Part shown: piece by piece, positions 45,788-54,699 of the stretch | Layout of the letters: each line of letters begins with the position of its first letter | Position numbering within the stretch: the first letter of the stretch is position 1 | DNA from: Pseudomonadales bacterium | GTDB taxonomy: Bacteria; Pseudomonadota; Gammaproteobacteria; Pseudomonadales; IMCC2047 | Assembly (NCBI GenBank): GCA_041395865.1 | Contig: JAWKZQ010000003.1 | Coordinates: forward strand, 69,394 to 133,393 | DNA length: 64,000 nucleotides | Reading direction: 5' to 3' | Program-made: the position numbers and the translations under genes | Notes under the pieces: generated by a model | What the model was told of the DNA's origin: nothing | Databases searched by the model: none | What the model saw: the letters and a program-made list of their open reading frames with translations, nothing else

Positions 45788-46031
45788 TATTGGCGGACTT
45801 TACTAAGTTCAGAGTGGCCCGGCTATAGGGGAGCAGGTCAGTGTCCGACTTTTTTGAAGGATTGCCCGGTGTGTGAGCGCAAGGCGTTGAAGTGCTTGAA
45901 TAAGGAAGAAAAAACTGATTGATCAATGGATTATCCGTTTGGGTTAGCCATTTGCGCTCAAAAAATCTGATCGTCATTTTATGGTGGATGCCCCATAATT
46001 TAAGACCCGTCCATATGCAAAAGGTCGGTCT

Positions 46032-46979
46032 ATGTCTAACCCTCTCTCCTCGCTGTTCGGTGCGCTAAAGGTCTTTGTCCCTGTTTTTCTGTTTTTTGTG
46101 GTCGTAGGTGCTGTGGCTGGTTTTGGCCATCGCTCAAATACTGTTCATGAAAACTTATTGGCTGAAACGACTGTCCGGCTGCAGGGTGAGAGCTATGTTT
46201 TTGAATATAACTGTGCGACCAACAACGCGGTGTTTATTTATTCCGTGGACGAGAACCGTGGCGAGTATCTGGCGGATTTGTCGACGCTGGTGGCTTTGAA
46301 GGAGACGGAACTGGCGCTGCCGACTGAACGTCTGGAGGAGTATCGCACAGTAATCAGCGCATTGCTCGGGGGCGTTGTGGGCGGTGTGAATTTGAAATCG
46401 GCATTAAAGAAGCCGCCGGGCGGCTGGACCTGGAAGGTGGTTAAAAAGACGTTGCTTGGCATTGTTGGTTCGGTGTCGGGCTATTCCAGCGGCTATTACC
46501 TGGGGGCGCACTATGACACGGGCTGTGATTCCGACCTGGCGGCTGCTGCCTTAAAAGATAAGGCGGTTATGCTCAGGGTTGAACGCGCGCAACTGTTGGT
46601 CAGCCTGTTGCAGCTGGAAAACCTGAAAGGGGCTGCGTTATCGCAAACGGGCAATGCCATTTACGAATGGGATAAAGACCCAGCGTTTATGTGTTCGGCG
46701 GTGCTGCGGGCGGAGAAAGAAAATTTAATGGCGATGATGCAGGTCGAAATTGAAGACCCGAACTCAACACACTTTCAGTTAATCGACAGGATTACGGCGA
46801 TGTATAACAAAGTCGCCGGTATGGCTGATTACCAAACGCTAGTCGACTTGAATGTGTTTAAGCTGGCGGGGCAGTTTGATGATTTTGAGGAATCCGATTC
46901 TGTGGTTGGCGAGCGTGTGCGAAACAATCGCCAGAAATGGAACGAAGCTTGCGAGGCGGTTGGCCGTGTTACGTTTTAG
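46032..46979 (+). CDS. hypothetical membrane-anchored protein
   Basis: 315-aa ORF with an N-terminal TM helix (VFVPVFLFFVVVGAVAGF) and a glycine-rich hydrophobic mid-segment. No family recognised. Confidence 0.5.
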   Translation: MSNPLSSLFGALKVFVPVFLFFVVVGAVAGFGHRSNTVHENLLAETTVRLQGESYVFEYNCATNNAVFIYSVDENRGEYLADLSTLVALKETELALPTERLEEYRTVISALLGGVVGGVNLKSALKKPPGGWTWKVVKKTLLGIVGSVSGYSSGYYLGAHYDTGCDSDLAAAALKDKAVMLRVERAQLLVSLLQLENLKGAALSQTGNAIYEWDKDPAFMCSAVLRAEKENLMAMMQVEIEDPNSTHFQLIDRITAMYNKVAGMADYQTLVDLNVFKLAGQFDDFEESDSVVGERVRNNRQKWNEACEAVGRVTF

Positions 46980-47010
46980 GGTGTGAGCTTATAACGCACC
47001 ATTTTCTGCG

Positions 47011-47199
47011 CTAGAAGGTGACAATGATGTAAAGCAGCCAAACCGGTATGCTCAAAAGCGTGACGAGCGTCCAAACCTCAAGGAAGGGGCCAAAGCCCGG
47101 CAGCTTTTCCAGCTTGTCTTTTAGAAGGCCTTTATCTATCCAGGCGGTGATCGCCAGCGTGGCAATATTTGCTAAAAACAGTTTCGTGACAATATCCAT
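47011..47199 (-). CDS. small two-TM membrane protein, hypothetical
   Basis: 62-aa ORF with two clear hydrophobic helices. No homology recognised. Confidence 0.3.
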   Translation of the reverse strand: MDIVTKLFLANIATLAITAWIDKGLLKDKLEKLPGFGPFLEVWTLVTLLSIPVWLLYIIVTF

Positions 47200-47356
47200 T
47201 CCCCGATCCTATCGGAATAAACCTGTCGGAATAAATAAAGAGATACAAAAATAGGCGTTAGCGCTTGGATTAAAGAGGTGTTTAAAGCGGGCAGAGCCCT
47301 TTAATTCGGGCGGGGTAAACTCCGTAATGCTGAGCCGCTGATGCGTTTGCGCGCGA

Positions 47357-47584
47357 CTAGTGGCTTGCCGCTCTGAATATTCTAATAAACAGGCACTTAA
47401 TGGCTTTGAACTGTTTTTCAGTCAATTCATGCCGCGCATTCTCCAGCCTTGCAAAACACTCAGCCTGGTAGCGGATAGTGTCGTTTGTCAGCTTAATCCG
47501 GGAGTTGCTGGCGTGTTGTTTCTTCGTTGTGCCGGTGATCATTGCTTCATGGATGTTCATTAGCTTTAACCTTTGTTTTGTCAT
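47357..47584 (-). CDS. hypothetical small basic protein
   Basis: The ORF start is ambiguous (47695 or the internal MTKQRLKL at 47584), the RBS is weak, and no family is recognised. Confidence 0.25.
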   Translation of the reverse strand: MTKQRLKLMNIHEAMITGTTKKQHASNSRIKLTNDTIRYQAECFARLENARHELTEKQFKAIKCLFIRIFRAASH

Positions 47585-47780
47585 GTTTCTTCTGACTCTA
47601 GGGTTATTTAAAACCGTTGCTGCTGAACGGAGGCTGAATGGGGGAATCTTTATAATGAGCGAGAATTCAGCGGTGTAATGAAAGGTGAGTTTCACTGACG
47701 TTTAGTCCGCCAATCAGGTACTATCCGGTACCTGCTTTTTACTCAGCATAAATGTTTAATTTCCCCGGGTGTTTTATTGA

Positions 47781-49175
47781 ATGGATGAAATCAATCAGCC
47801 ACTAGCGTCAGCGCGTCAATCGCTGGTTTCACGCACGTTGGATGAGTGGCGTACCTTGGCTATTTTGGGTGGCCCTATATTGGTGGCGCAGGTGGCGCAG
47901 ATGGCGAATGGCGTTATCGATACGCTGATGGCGGGGCACGCCAGCGCTGAGGATTTGGCGGGCGTGGGCATCGGTAACAGTCTATGGATGCCGCTGTTCC
48001 TGTTTTTCATGGGGACGTTGGGTGCGCAGCAACCGATTATTTCCGGGTACAACGGCGCCCGCAGTTTTGAAAAAATTATTCCTACCGTTTGGCAGGGCAT
48101 TTATCTGGCGAGCATCGGGGCTGTCATCATGATCTTGCTGCTGACGAATGTGCACCCGGTGCTGAGTCTGTTGAATCTGGAACCGAATACCGCACGTATA
48201 TCCCAGGGCTATCTGGATGCCTTTGCCTGGGGTGTGCCGGCCATGTTGCTGATGGCTGCGTTGCGCGGATTGACGGATGGGATGGGGCATACCCGTGTCA
48301 TTATGGCGTTTTCGCTGTTGGGTACGCTGTGCAATCTGCCGCTCAACTATATCTTTATTTACGGCAAGCTGGGGTTGCCAGCGATGGGCGGCATTGGCTG
48401 TGGTTGGGCGACTTCTTTGTCTAACGCCATTGCGGTGATTGCTTTGCTGGTGTACTTGAATCGCAGCCAGCTTTTTCAACAGGTGCATTTGCTTAAGGGC
48501 TGGATGAAGCCGGACCTTGAGCGGGTGCGTTATATCCTGAAAATCGGTTTGCCGATTGGTTTTACGGTTTTTGTGGAAGTCAGCCTGTTCTGTGTGATCG
48601 CGCTTTTCCTGGCATCGCTCGGACCGGTTGTCGTGGCCGGGCATCAAATTGCCCTGAACGTGGTCTCGTTGATGTTTATGGTGCCGCTGAGTGTGGGCAT
48701 GGCGCTGACGCTGCGGGTGAGCTTCCTGATGGGAGCGGGGGCGCCGGATACGGCGCGACTGATTGCGCGCAGTGCGCTGATATTTGCGGTGGGCCTTTCG
48801 CTGGTTTTTGCGACCTTACTGCTGGTATTTTCCCCGCAGGTCGCGGCCCTTTATACCGGTGATTCGGACGTTCAGGCCGTTGCTACGCAATTGCTGGGCT
48901 TAGCTGCCTTTTTCCAGGTGGCGGACATCATTCAGGTGACCTGCATCAGTGCATTGCGAGGCTATAAAGACACCCGCATCCCGATGTTTATTGTGTTGTT
49001 TTCCTTCTGGGGCGTGGGGCTGTCATTGGGTTACATACTCACTTTCACCGATTATTTGTGGCCAGCCATGGGCGCGGCAGGATTCTGGATTGGGCTTACG
49101 GCGGGGCTGACGTCGGCAAGTATATTGCTGATTTCGCGCTTGTTTCTGTATCGACCAAAGCCGGAATTAGCGTAA
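47781..49175 (+). CDS. MATE-family multidrug efflux transporter (NorM-like)
   Basis: 12-TM protein with typical MATE N-terminal segments (LAILGGPILVAQVAQMANGVIDTLMAGH). Confidence 0.85.
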   Translation: MDEINQPLASARQSLVSRTLDEWRTLAILGGPILVAQVAQMANGVIDTLMAGHASAEDLAGVGIGNSLWMPLFLFFMGTLGAQQPIISGYNGARSFEKIIPTVWQGIYLASIGAVIMILLLTNVHPVLSLLNLEPNTARISQGYLDAFAWGVPAMLLMAALRGLTDGMGHTRVIMAFSLLGTLCNLPLNYIFIYGKLGLPAMGGIGCGWATSLSNAIAVIALLVYLNRSQLFQQVHLLKGWMKPDLERVRYILKIGLPIGFTVFVEVSLFCVIALFLASLGPVVVAGHQIALNVVSLMFMVPLSVGMALTLRVSFLMGAGAPDTARLIARSALIFAVGLSLVFATLLLVFSPQVAALYTGDSDVQAVATQLLGLAAFFQVADIIQVTCISALRGYKDTRIPMFIVLFSFWGVGLSLGYILTFTDYLWPAMGAAGFWIGLTAGLTSASILLISRLFLYRPKPELA

Positions 49176-49226
49176 AGGGCGTTTCGGAAGTGCTTGGACT
49201 ATTTTGGATTAAATAGGATAAAGAAA

Positions 49227-49313
49227 TGGTGCCCGGGGCCGGACTTGAACCGGCACGCTCTAACGAGCGGGAGATTTTAAGTCTCCTATGTCTACCAATT
49301 CCATCACCCGGGC
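49227..49313 (-). tRNA. tRNA-Leu (anticodon TAA)
   Basis: The reverse complement GCCCGGGTGATGGAATTGGTAGACATAGGAGACTTAAAATCTCC...GGTTCAAGTCCGGCCCCGGGCACCA folds as a class II tRNA with anticodon loop CTTAAAA and an encoded CCA. Confidence 0.9.
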
Positions 49314-49353
49314 TTGGGTGGGGTTACCAGCCGGGAGGCAGGTTTATTTTAGA

Positions 49354-49427
49354 TGGAGGCGCGGGTCGGAATCGAACCGGCGTACACTGAGTTGCAGTCA
49401 GCTGCATAACCACTCTGCCACCGCGCC
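49354..49427 (-). tRNA. tRNA-Cys (anticodon GCA)
   Basis: Reverse complement: GGCGCGGTGGCAGAGTGGTTATGCAGCTGACTGCAACTCAGT...GGTTCGATTCCGACCCGCGCCTCCA, with anticodon loop CTGCAAC. Confidence 0.9.
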
Positions 49428-49459
49428 ACTTATCTAAAACTGCTGGTATGAAGTGTAAT

Positions 49460-49535
49460 TGGAGCGGGAAACGAGATTCGAACTCGCGACCCCAACCTTG
49501 GCAAGGTTGTGCTCTACCAACTGAGCTATTCCCGC
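49460..49535 (-). tRNA. tRNA-Gly (anticodon GCC)
   Basis: Reverse complement: GCGGGAATAGCTCAGTTGGTAGAGCACAACCTTGCCAAGGTTG...GTTCGAATCTCGTTTCCCGCTCCA, with anticodon loop TTGCCAA. Confidence 0.9.
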
Positions 49536-49638
49536 TTTGTAACTACACATCCCGGAGGTGAGCAACAGTTGCTGCTCTGTTCAAGGAGCAGCTATTTTAG
49601 CGTTCTGCTTAAGAGAGTCAAGGAGGATTCGTAAGAGT

Positions 49639-50403
49639 TTACGCATCCTTTAGGAATTGTTTGACCAGACGGCTGAAGGTTTCGGGTTTGTCGCTGTGCA
49701 GCCAGTGGCCGGCGCCATTGATAACCTTAACTTTTGCATTGGGGAAGAGTGCTAAGATTGAGTTTTTGTGCTTGCTCTGGATGTAGGCAGAGTCCATTCC
49801 CTTTAGAAACAACGTTGGCCCTGAGAATGCTTTTCCAGCGGGTGCCTGTGCGAGTTCTTCATAGTGCTCGGTGATTGCCCCGAGGTTTAACTTCAAGCCG
49901 TAGTGCCCGTTTTCCTGACGTATCAGATTTTTGAGTAAAAAGGCTCGTACGGCGGGCGTTTCAACATAGTTATTGAGTAATTGGTCCGCCTGTTGGCGTG
50001 TTGTGATGCGGCTCTGTTCGATGACTCTAAGGCCATCCAGAATGGGGTTAGGGTGTCGAGGATAGGTGACCGGCGCTATGTCGGCCACAATCAATTTGCC
50101 GATACGGTGAGGGACGCTCAAGGCAACTTGCATCGCCACTTTCCCTCCCATGGAATGGCCGAGCAGGTGAGCTTGTTCGATGTGTTCGTTATCCATCAAT
50201 TCAACAATGTCGGCGGCCATGTTGCTGTAGTTCATTTCGGGGCTGTGTGGGGATGCCCCGTGATTGCGCAAATCGACCTGGTAGACACTGTATTCGTCCG
50301 CCAGCGCTTTGGCAGCCAAACCCAGGTTGCTGAGCGAGCCAAACAGGCCGTGCAGCAGGATAACGGTTGGCCCCTGGCCCTGCCGGGAAAAATTGAGTTT
50401 CAT
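49639..50403 (-). CDS. alpha/beta hydrolase (YbfF-like esterase)
   Basis: HGLFGS oxyanion region, GHSMGG nucleophile elbow, and a C-terminal GHW.H. Confidence 0.8.
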   Translation of the reverse strand: MKLNFSRQGQGPTVILLHGLFGSLSNLGLAAKALADEYSVYQVDLRNHGASPHSPEMNYSNMAADIVELMDNEHIEQAHLLGHSMGGKVAMQVALSVPHRIGKLIVADIAPVTYPRHPNPILDGLRVIEQSRITTRQQADQLLNNYVETPAVRAFLLKNLIRQENGHYGLKLNLGAITEHYEELAQAPAGKAFSGPTLFLKGMDSAYIQSKHKNSILALFPNAKVKVINGAGHWLHSDKPETFSRLVKQFLKDA

Positions 50404-50506
50404 TAACTAACACTCATTGTTATGATCGCCGACCCATATAGAAGACGCTAAGTAGAAGGCGTCAAGGCTCGTTTCTTTCCACCAACCATAACAAAACTGA
50501 CGCACC

Positions 50507-51262
50507 ATGGACCCTATTTTTTATTACATTCTGCTGCTGGTAACGGGCTTGATTGCGGGTGTTATTAACACGCTCGCAGGCGGTGGGTCGAATTTGACCG
50601 TTCCTGCCTTGATGATGATGGGAATGCCGGCCGATGTTGCCAATGCGACTAACCGATTAGGTGTCGGCCTGCAGTGTGTGGTGGGCGTACGCGGGTTTAA
50701 GCGACACAATAAACTGGATATGAGCGATGCCGTGCCGATTGTCGGCATGACGCTCGGTGGCGGCTTGGTCGGTTCGCTGGCGGCTTCTTATCTGCCTAAC
50801 ACATATCTCAAGCCCGTTCTGCTTGGCGCTATGGTGACTATGGCGCTGATTATCCTTATTCGCCCCTCTATTGTTATGCCGGAGCCTGGCGAGCCGGTAT
50901 TTCGTCTTTCAGAGCGTCGCGGAGCAAAGTGGATTCTGTTTGTGGCGGGTATTTATGGCGGCTTTGTTCAGGCCGGTGTGGGTTTTATTCTGATTGCGGC
51001 GATTGCCGGCTCATTACGCTACGACCTGGTGCGCACCAATGCCTTAAAGATGCTTTGCACGATTGGTTTTACATTGATCGCGTTGACGGTATTTATTGCC
51101 CGCGGCCAGGTGCAATGGGTGCCGGGTCTGGTGCTGGCCTGTGGGACTATGGTTGGGGCGCATTTTGCCGTAAAGATGGCGTTAAAGGTGAGTCAGAAAG
51201 CGCTGAAATGGTTTTTGTTCGTCATGACATTGTTTGCCTGCGGAGCGGCGATGCTGACGTGA
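50507..51262 (+). CDS. TauE/SafE-family anion exporter
   Basis: A polytopic protein with the G.I.G.INT.AGGGS pattern at the N-terminus and an internal duplication typical of TauE/SafE. Confidence 0.75.
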   Translation: MDPIFYYILLLVTGLIAGVINTLAGGGSNLTVPALMMMGMPADVANATNRLGVGLQCVVGVRGFKRHNKLDMSDAVPIVGMTLGGGLVGSLAASYLPNTYLKPVLLGAMVTMALIILIRPSIVMPEPGEPVFRLSERRGAKWILFVAGIYGGFVQAGVGFILIAAIAGSLRYDLVRTNALKMLCTIGFTLIALTVFIARGQVQWVPGLVLACGTMVGAHFAVKMALKVSQKALKWFLFVMTLFACGAAMLT

Positions 51263-51271
51263 TGGGAAAAC

Positions 51272-51302
51272 AAAAAAGGCCGTCGATTGACGGCCTTTTT
51301 TG
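51272..51302. terminator. bidirectional rho-independent terminator
   Basis: AAAAAA-GGCCGTC-gatt-GACGGCC-TTTTTT between convergent genes. Confidence 0.8.
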
Positions 51303-51326
51303 TATCAAGTTTTTGGCCTGTGAGAG

Positions 51327-52607
51327 CTAGATATTTTTTAACGCCTGGCGTACCGAAGCCAGTTTGACGCAGGTGCAGAACACCTCCATCGTCAGTTCGA
51401 TTTCTTCCAGACTTGGGAATGAGGGCGCAAGGCGGATGTTGCGGTCCTGGGGGTCATTTCCATAGGGGAATGTGGCGCCAGCCGGGGTTAACTTAACACC
51501 AATTTCGCCTGCCAGGGAGACAACCTGTTTGGCCAGGCCGGGCCGTGTATTGACGGATACAAAATAGCCGCCTTCAGGGGTTTCCCAGTTCAGAAGATCG
51601 TTGCTGCCAAATTCGGCTTCCAGCTTTTCCAGAACGGCGGCGAAGCGGGGGAGCAGCAGTGCGGCATGTTTTTTCATATGGGCTTTCAGGGCGTCGATAT
51701 CCGGAAGGAAGCGCATATGACGCAGCTGGTTGACCTTGTCTGGGCCGATCAGTGAAGCGCCAAGGCGTTTTTTGAATTCCTTGAGGTTCGAGCCTGTTGC
51801 GGCCATGAAGGCGATGCCTGCACCGGCAAAGGTGATTTTAGAGGTGGAGGCAAACTGCAACATGGTGTTTTCCGTGCCGTATTTTTTGCACAGATCCATG
51901 ACGTTGGAGAGTGCGGGGGCGCCGTCGCTTAAATCGTGCACGGCGTAGGCGTTATCCCAGAAAATACGGAAGTTGGAAGGGGCGATGCGCCCTAACTGAG
52001 CGATACGCTCCACAACCTCGTCGCTGTAGACGATGCCTGTCGGGTTAGAAAAGCGCGGGACACACCACATGGCTTTGATGTTGCGGTCGTTGCGGATCAA
52101 TTCTTCCACTTGATCCATGTCCGGGCCTTCGGCCGTCATGCGTACCGGGATCATTTCGATGCCTAAATCTTCACAAATGAAGAAGTGGCGGTCATAGCCG
52201 GGGGAAGGGCACAGGCATTTGATTTGCCCTTCGGTTTGCCAGGCTGTTCCGGGGCCGTCAGGGCCGAAAAGGAAAGCAAAGGTCATTGCCTGGCGCATCA
52301 TGGTCAGGCTGCTGTTGCCACCGGCAATAATTTCATCAATGGATACGCCCAACAGGTCGGCACCCAGTTGGCGTGCTTCTTCAATACCTTCCAGACCGCC
52401 GTAGTTACGCGTGTCGGTCCCATCCAGGGAGCGGTAATCGCCCTTGAGAATGCCGTCCAGACAATTTGAAAGATCCAGTTGTTGGGGGGAGGGCTTGCCT
52501 CGGGTTAAGTCCAGGTTTAACTGTTGGGCCTCCAGTTCTGAGTAGCGGGCAGCCAGTTCTGACTCCCATTGCTGCAGCTGTTCTTTGCCGGCTTCGTTAA
52601 GGTGCAA
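51327..52607 (-). CDS. PLP-dependent aminotransferase (class I/II fold, AspC subgroup-Ic-like)
   Basis: 426-aa ORF with LDLTRGKPS..QLDL, NYGG..G and STSKITFAGAG (PLP-lysine context). TTG start. Confidence 0.7.
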   Translation of the reverse strand: MHLNEAGKEQLQQWESELAARYSELEAQQLNLDLTRGKPSPQQLDLSNCLDGILKGDYRSLDGTDTRNYGGLEGIEEARQLGADLLGVSIDEIIAGGNSSLTMMRQAMTFAFLFGPDGPGTAWQTEGQIKCLCPSPGYDRHFFICEDLGIEMIPVRMTAEGPDMDQVEELIRNDRNIKAMWCVPRFSNPTGIVYSDEVVERIAQLGRIAPSNFRIFWDNAYAVHDLSDGAPALSNVMDLCKKYGTENTMLQFASTSKITFAGAGIAFMAATGSNLKEFKKRLGASLIGPDKVNQLRHMRFLPDIDALKAHMKKHAALLLPRFAAVLEKLEAEFGSNDLLNWETPEGGYFVSVNTRPGLAKQVVSLAGEIGVKLTPAGATFPYGNDPQDRNIRLAPSFPSLEEIELTMEVFCTCVKLASVRQALKNI

Positions 52608-52865
52608 GGTGGTGATCCTCAGTTGAGATTTACTGATCCAATTGATGCGAAATGCGCTGCATTATAATGCTTATAAACAGGCAGCTAAATAGGCCTGGAT
52701 CAATAAACTTTTCAAATTATTTGTGGCTGCTGCCGGGCCGCGATTTTATGAAAAAGTGACTGATTTCCCGTGAGTTGGCATTAAATAACCATGGGCGCAT
52801 AATGGAACGGCAAGCATCAATCAAAAGAGGTGGTTTTACAATAAATAGAAAGAGAGGAAATCACA

Positions 52866-53405
52866 GTGAAAAACCTATTAATTAGTTTTTTTGGATGTGC
52901 TTTACCTACTTTATTTTCAGCGAACCTATTTGCCTTGGACGGGATTCGTATTGCTGCGGGAGGAGGTGAATACTCCTCTGAAGTGTATAAGATCAGCTTG
53001 CTGGAAAATTTTGACAAAACCTGGTTTTCTGGGCGGGTGAAAGGGCATTGGGAGCTGGGCTTCAGCCATTGGGATAGTGATAGTGATAGGGGCACCGTTC
53101 ACGATGTCCAGGCCATCGGTTTTGCACCTGTCTTTATTTACGATTTCGGTTCAGTCGGAGCGACTGGCCAGCCCTATTTGGAATACAGTGTCGGCTTGCT
53201 TTACATGAATGAAGAAAGCATCGGTGATAACGAAATGGGGCAGCGCTGGCAGTTTGATAATCGTGTCGGTGTCGGGGTGCGTTTCGGCCCCAATCAGCGA
53301 CACGATCTCAGTATTAGCATCCGGCACGTATCAAACGCATCCACGGACGAAGAGAATGATGGCTTTAACAGTGGGCAGATAGCATATACCTACCACTGTT
53401 TTTAA
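52866..53405 (+). CDS. PagL-like lipid A deacylase / acyloxyacyl hydrolase family OM protein
   Basis: Signal peptide, a small beta-barrel-sized protein, a C-terminal IRHVSNAS (His-x-Ser as in PagL) and a terminal aromatic residue (..YTYHCF). GTG start. Confidence 0.55.
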   Translation: MKNLLISFFGCALPTLFSANLFALDGIRIAAGGGEYSSEVYKISLLENFDKTWFSGRVKGHWELGFSHWDSDSDRGTVHDVQAIGFAPVFIYDFGSVGATGQPYLEYSVGLLYMNEESIGDNEMGQRWQFDNRVGVGVRFGPNQRHDLSISIRHVSNASTDEENDGFNSGQIAYTYHCF

Positions 53406-53425
53406 AAACGCTGTCTGAGCAGCGG

Positions 53426-54382
53426 CTAGGATTGCTCCTGCTGGTGCAGCATTTCAGTAATGCGTGTGGCGGCCTCAAGTGCACGCAGGCCGTCTTCGCC
53501 TGAAACCAGGGGCGCTGATCCATTCTGGACGCAGTCGATGAAAGCGGCTATCTCGGTTTGCAGTGCGTCCCCATCCTCATAAATATTCTCCGTGCTGTTG
53601 ATGTCGGGCACGCCGGGGAACATTTCACCTTCGCCTTTGGTGTGATAACTGAAAATCCGGTTTTGGAAGTCGATTGACAGGTAGGCATCGGGTTGGAAGA
53701 TGCGCATTTTGCGTTCGGACTTGAGGCTAATTCGACTGGCGGTAACGTTCGCTACGCAGCCGCTGGCAAAGGTCAGGCGGGCATTGGCAATATCGGTGGC
53801 ATCGGACAACACCTTGGTTCCACTCACGTCGATGCTGACCAGTTCCGAGCGTACGGTGGAAAGGATGATATCAATGTCGTGGATCATCAGGTCGAGAATG
53901 ACGTCAACATCGGTTGCGCGAGGCTTATAGGGCGCCAGGCGGTGGGCCTCGATGAAACGGGGTTGGACCAATACTTTGTCCAGATCCAGCATGGCGGCAT
54001 TAAAGCGTTCCAGGTGGCCGACCTGGAGAATGCAGTTGTTGGCTTTGGCCGTTTCGATCAAATCCCGGGCTTCATCAGGGGTGACGGTAATGGGTTTTTC
54101 AACCAGCACGTGAATGCCCTGCTCAAGGAATTCTTTGGCGATACGGTGGTGTAGGGTTGTCGGCGTAACGATACTGACCGCATCCACCTGGCCGAAGAGG
54201 TCACGGTGATCCGTGTAAGCCTCAACACCGTGTTCGGCTGCAATTGTTTTTGCATTCTCGGCGTTGTTATCGACGACGCCTATCAGGTTGCTACCGGGCA
54301 GGGTGGCGTATTTCTGGGCGTGGAATTTTCCGAGATAACCAACGCCGACGACGGCGGTGCGGATTGCAGTAGATGAGGTCAT
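53426..54382 (-). CDS. Gfo/Idh/MocA-family NAD(P)-dependent oxidoreductase
   Basis: N-terminal Rossmann motif AVVGVGYLGKFH, an EKP motif (VLVEKPI), and a C-terminal alpha/beta domain. Confidence 0.85.
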   Translation of the reverse strand: MTSSTAIRTAVVGVGYLGKFHAQKYATLPGSNLIGVVDNNAENAKTIAAEHGVEAYTDHRDLFGQVDAVSIVTPTTLHHRIAKEFLEQGIHVLVEKPITVTPDEARDLIETAKANNCILQVGHLERFNAAMLDLDKVLVQPRFIEAHRLAPYKPRATDVDVILDLMIHDIDIILSTVRSELVSIDVSGTKVLSDATDIANARLTFASGCVANVTASRISLKSERKMRIFQPDAYLSIDFQNRIFSYHTKGEGEMFPGVPDINSTENIYEDGDALQTEIAAFIDCVQNGSAPLVSGEDGLRALEAATRITEMLHQQEQS

Positions 54383-54699
54383 GAACGTGTTTTTCTTCGT
54401 TGTTGCGATGGGGGCAGAGTATAAGGGATCAGGGACTATTTAAAAATCTTGTGGACGAAATTTACCCGCAACTATTGTGCATTTTATAAATACTGGCTTA
54501 AGCTAAAAAAGCGCTCCGGGCTCTAATACTGTTCCTGGCGCTGAATTAAATACCCCGACAGTTCGTTCAATACTGATTTGAGATGCGAGAAACTCTGGCG
54601 ACGGATTGGTTGTCAGTGGCTTTCTTATGCAACGAAAGTTGGTTGACCTGATGAACTTTTGGTTAAAGCGTAATTTGCTTAGGGAATGATCAAAAAAGA

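Larger units (their letters stand above)
44602..45840 (-). mobile_element. intact IS3-family insertion sequence (IS407-group-like), 1239 bp
   Basis: Ends were defined by comparison with the second copy at 60035-61108: TGACCTGCTCCCCTATAGCCGGGCCACT... and TGACTTGCCCCCGATTTTAGGGCCACT.... They are ~40-bp imperfect inverted repeats with TG...CA termini. orfA and orfB are in a -1 frame relationship. Confidence 0.9.

Noticed and set aside
47982-48647. 221-aa minus-strand ORF
   Set aside because: It is antisense to the MATE transporter gene and its sequence is His/Arg/Gln-rich and low-complexity.
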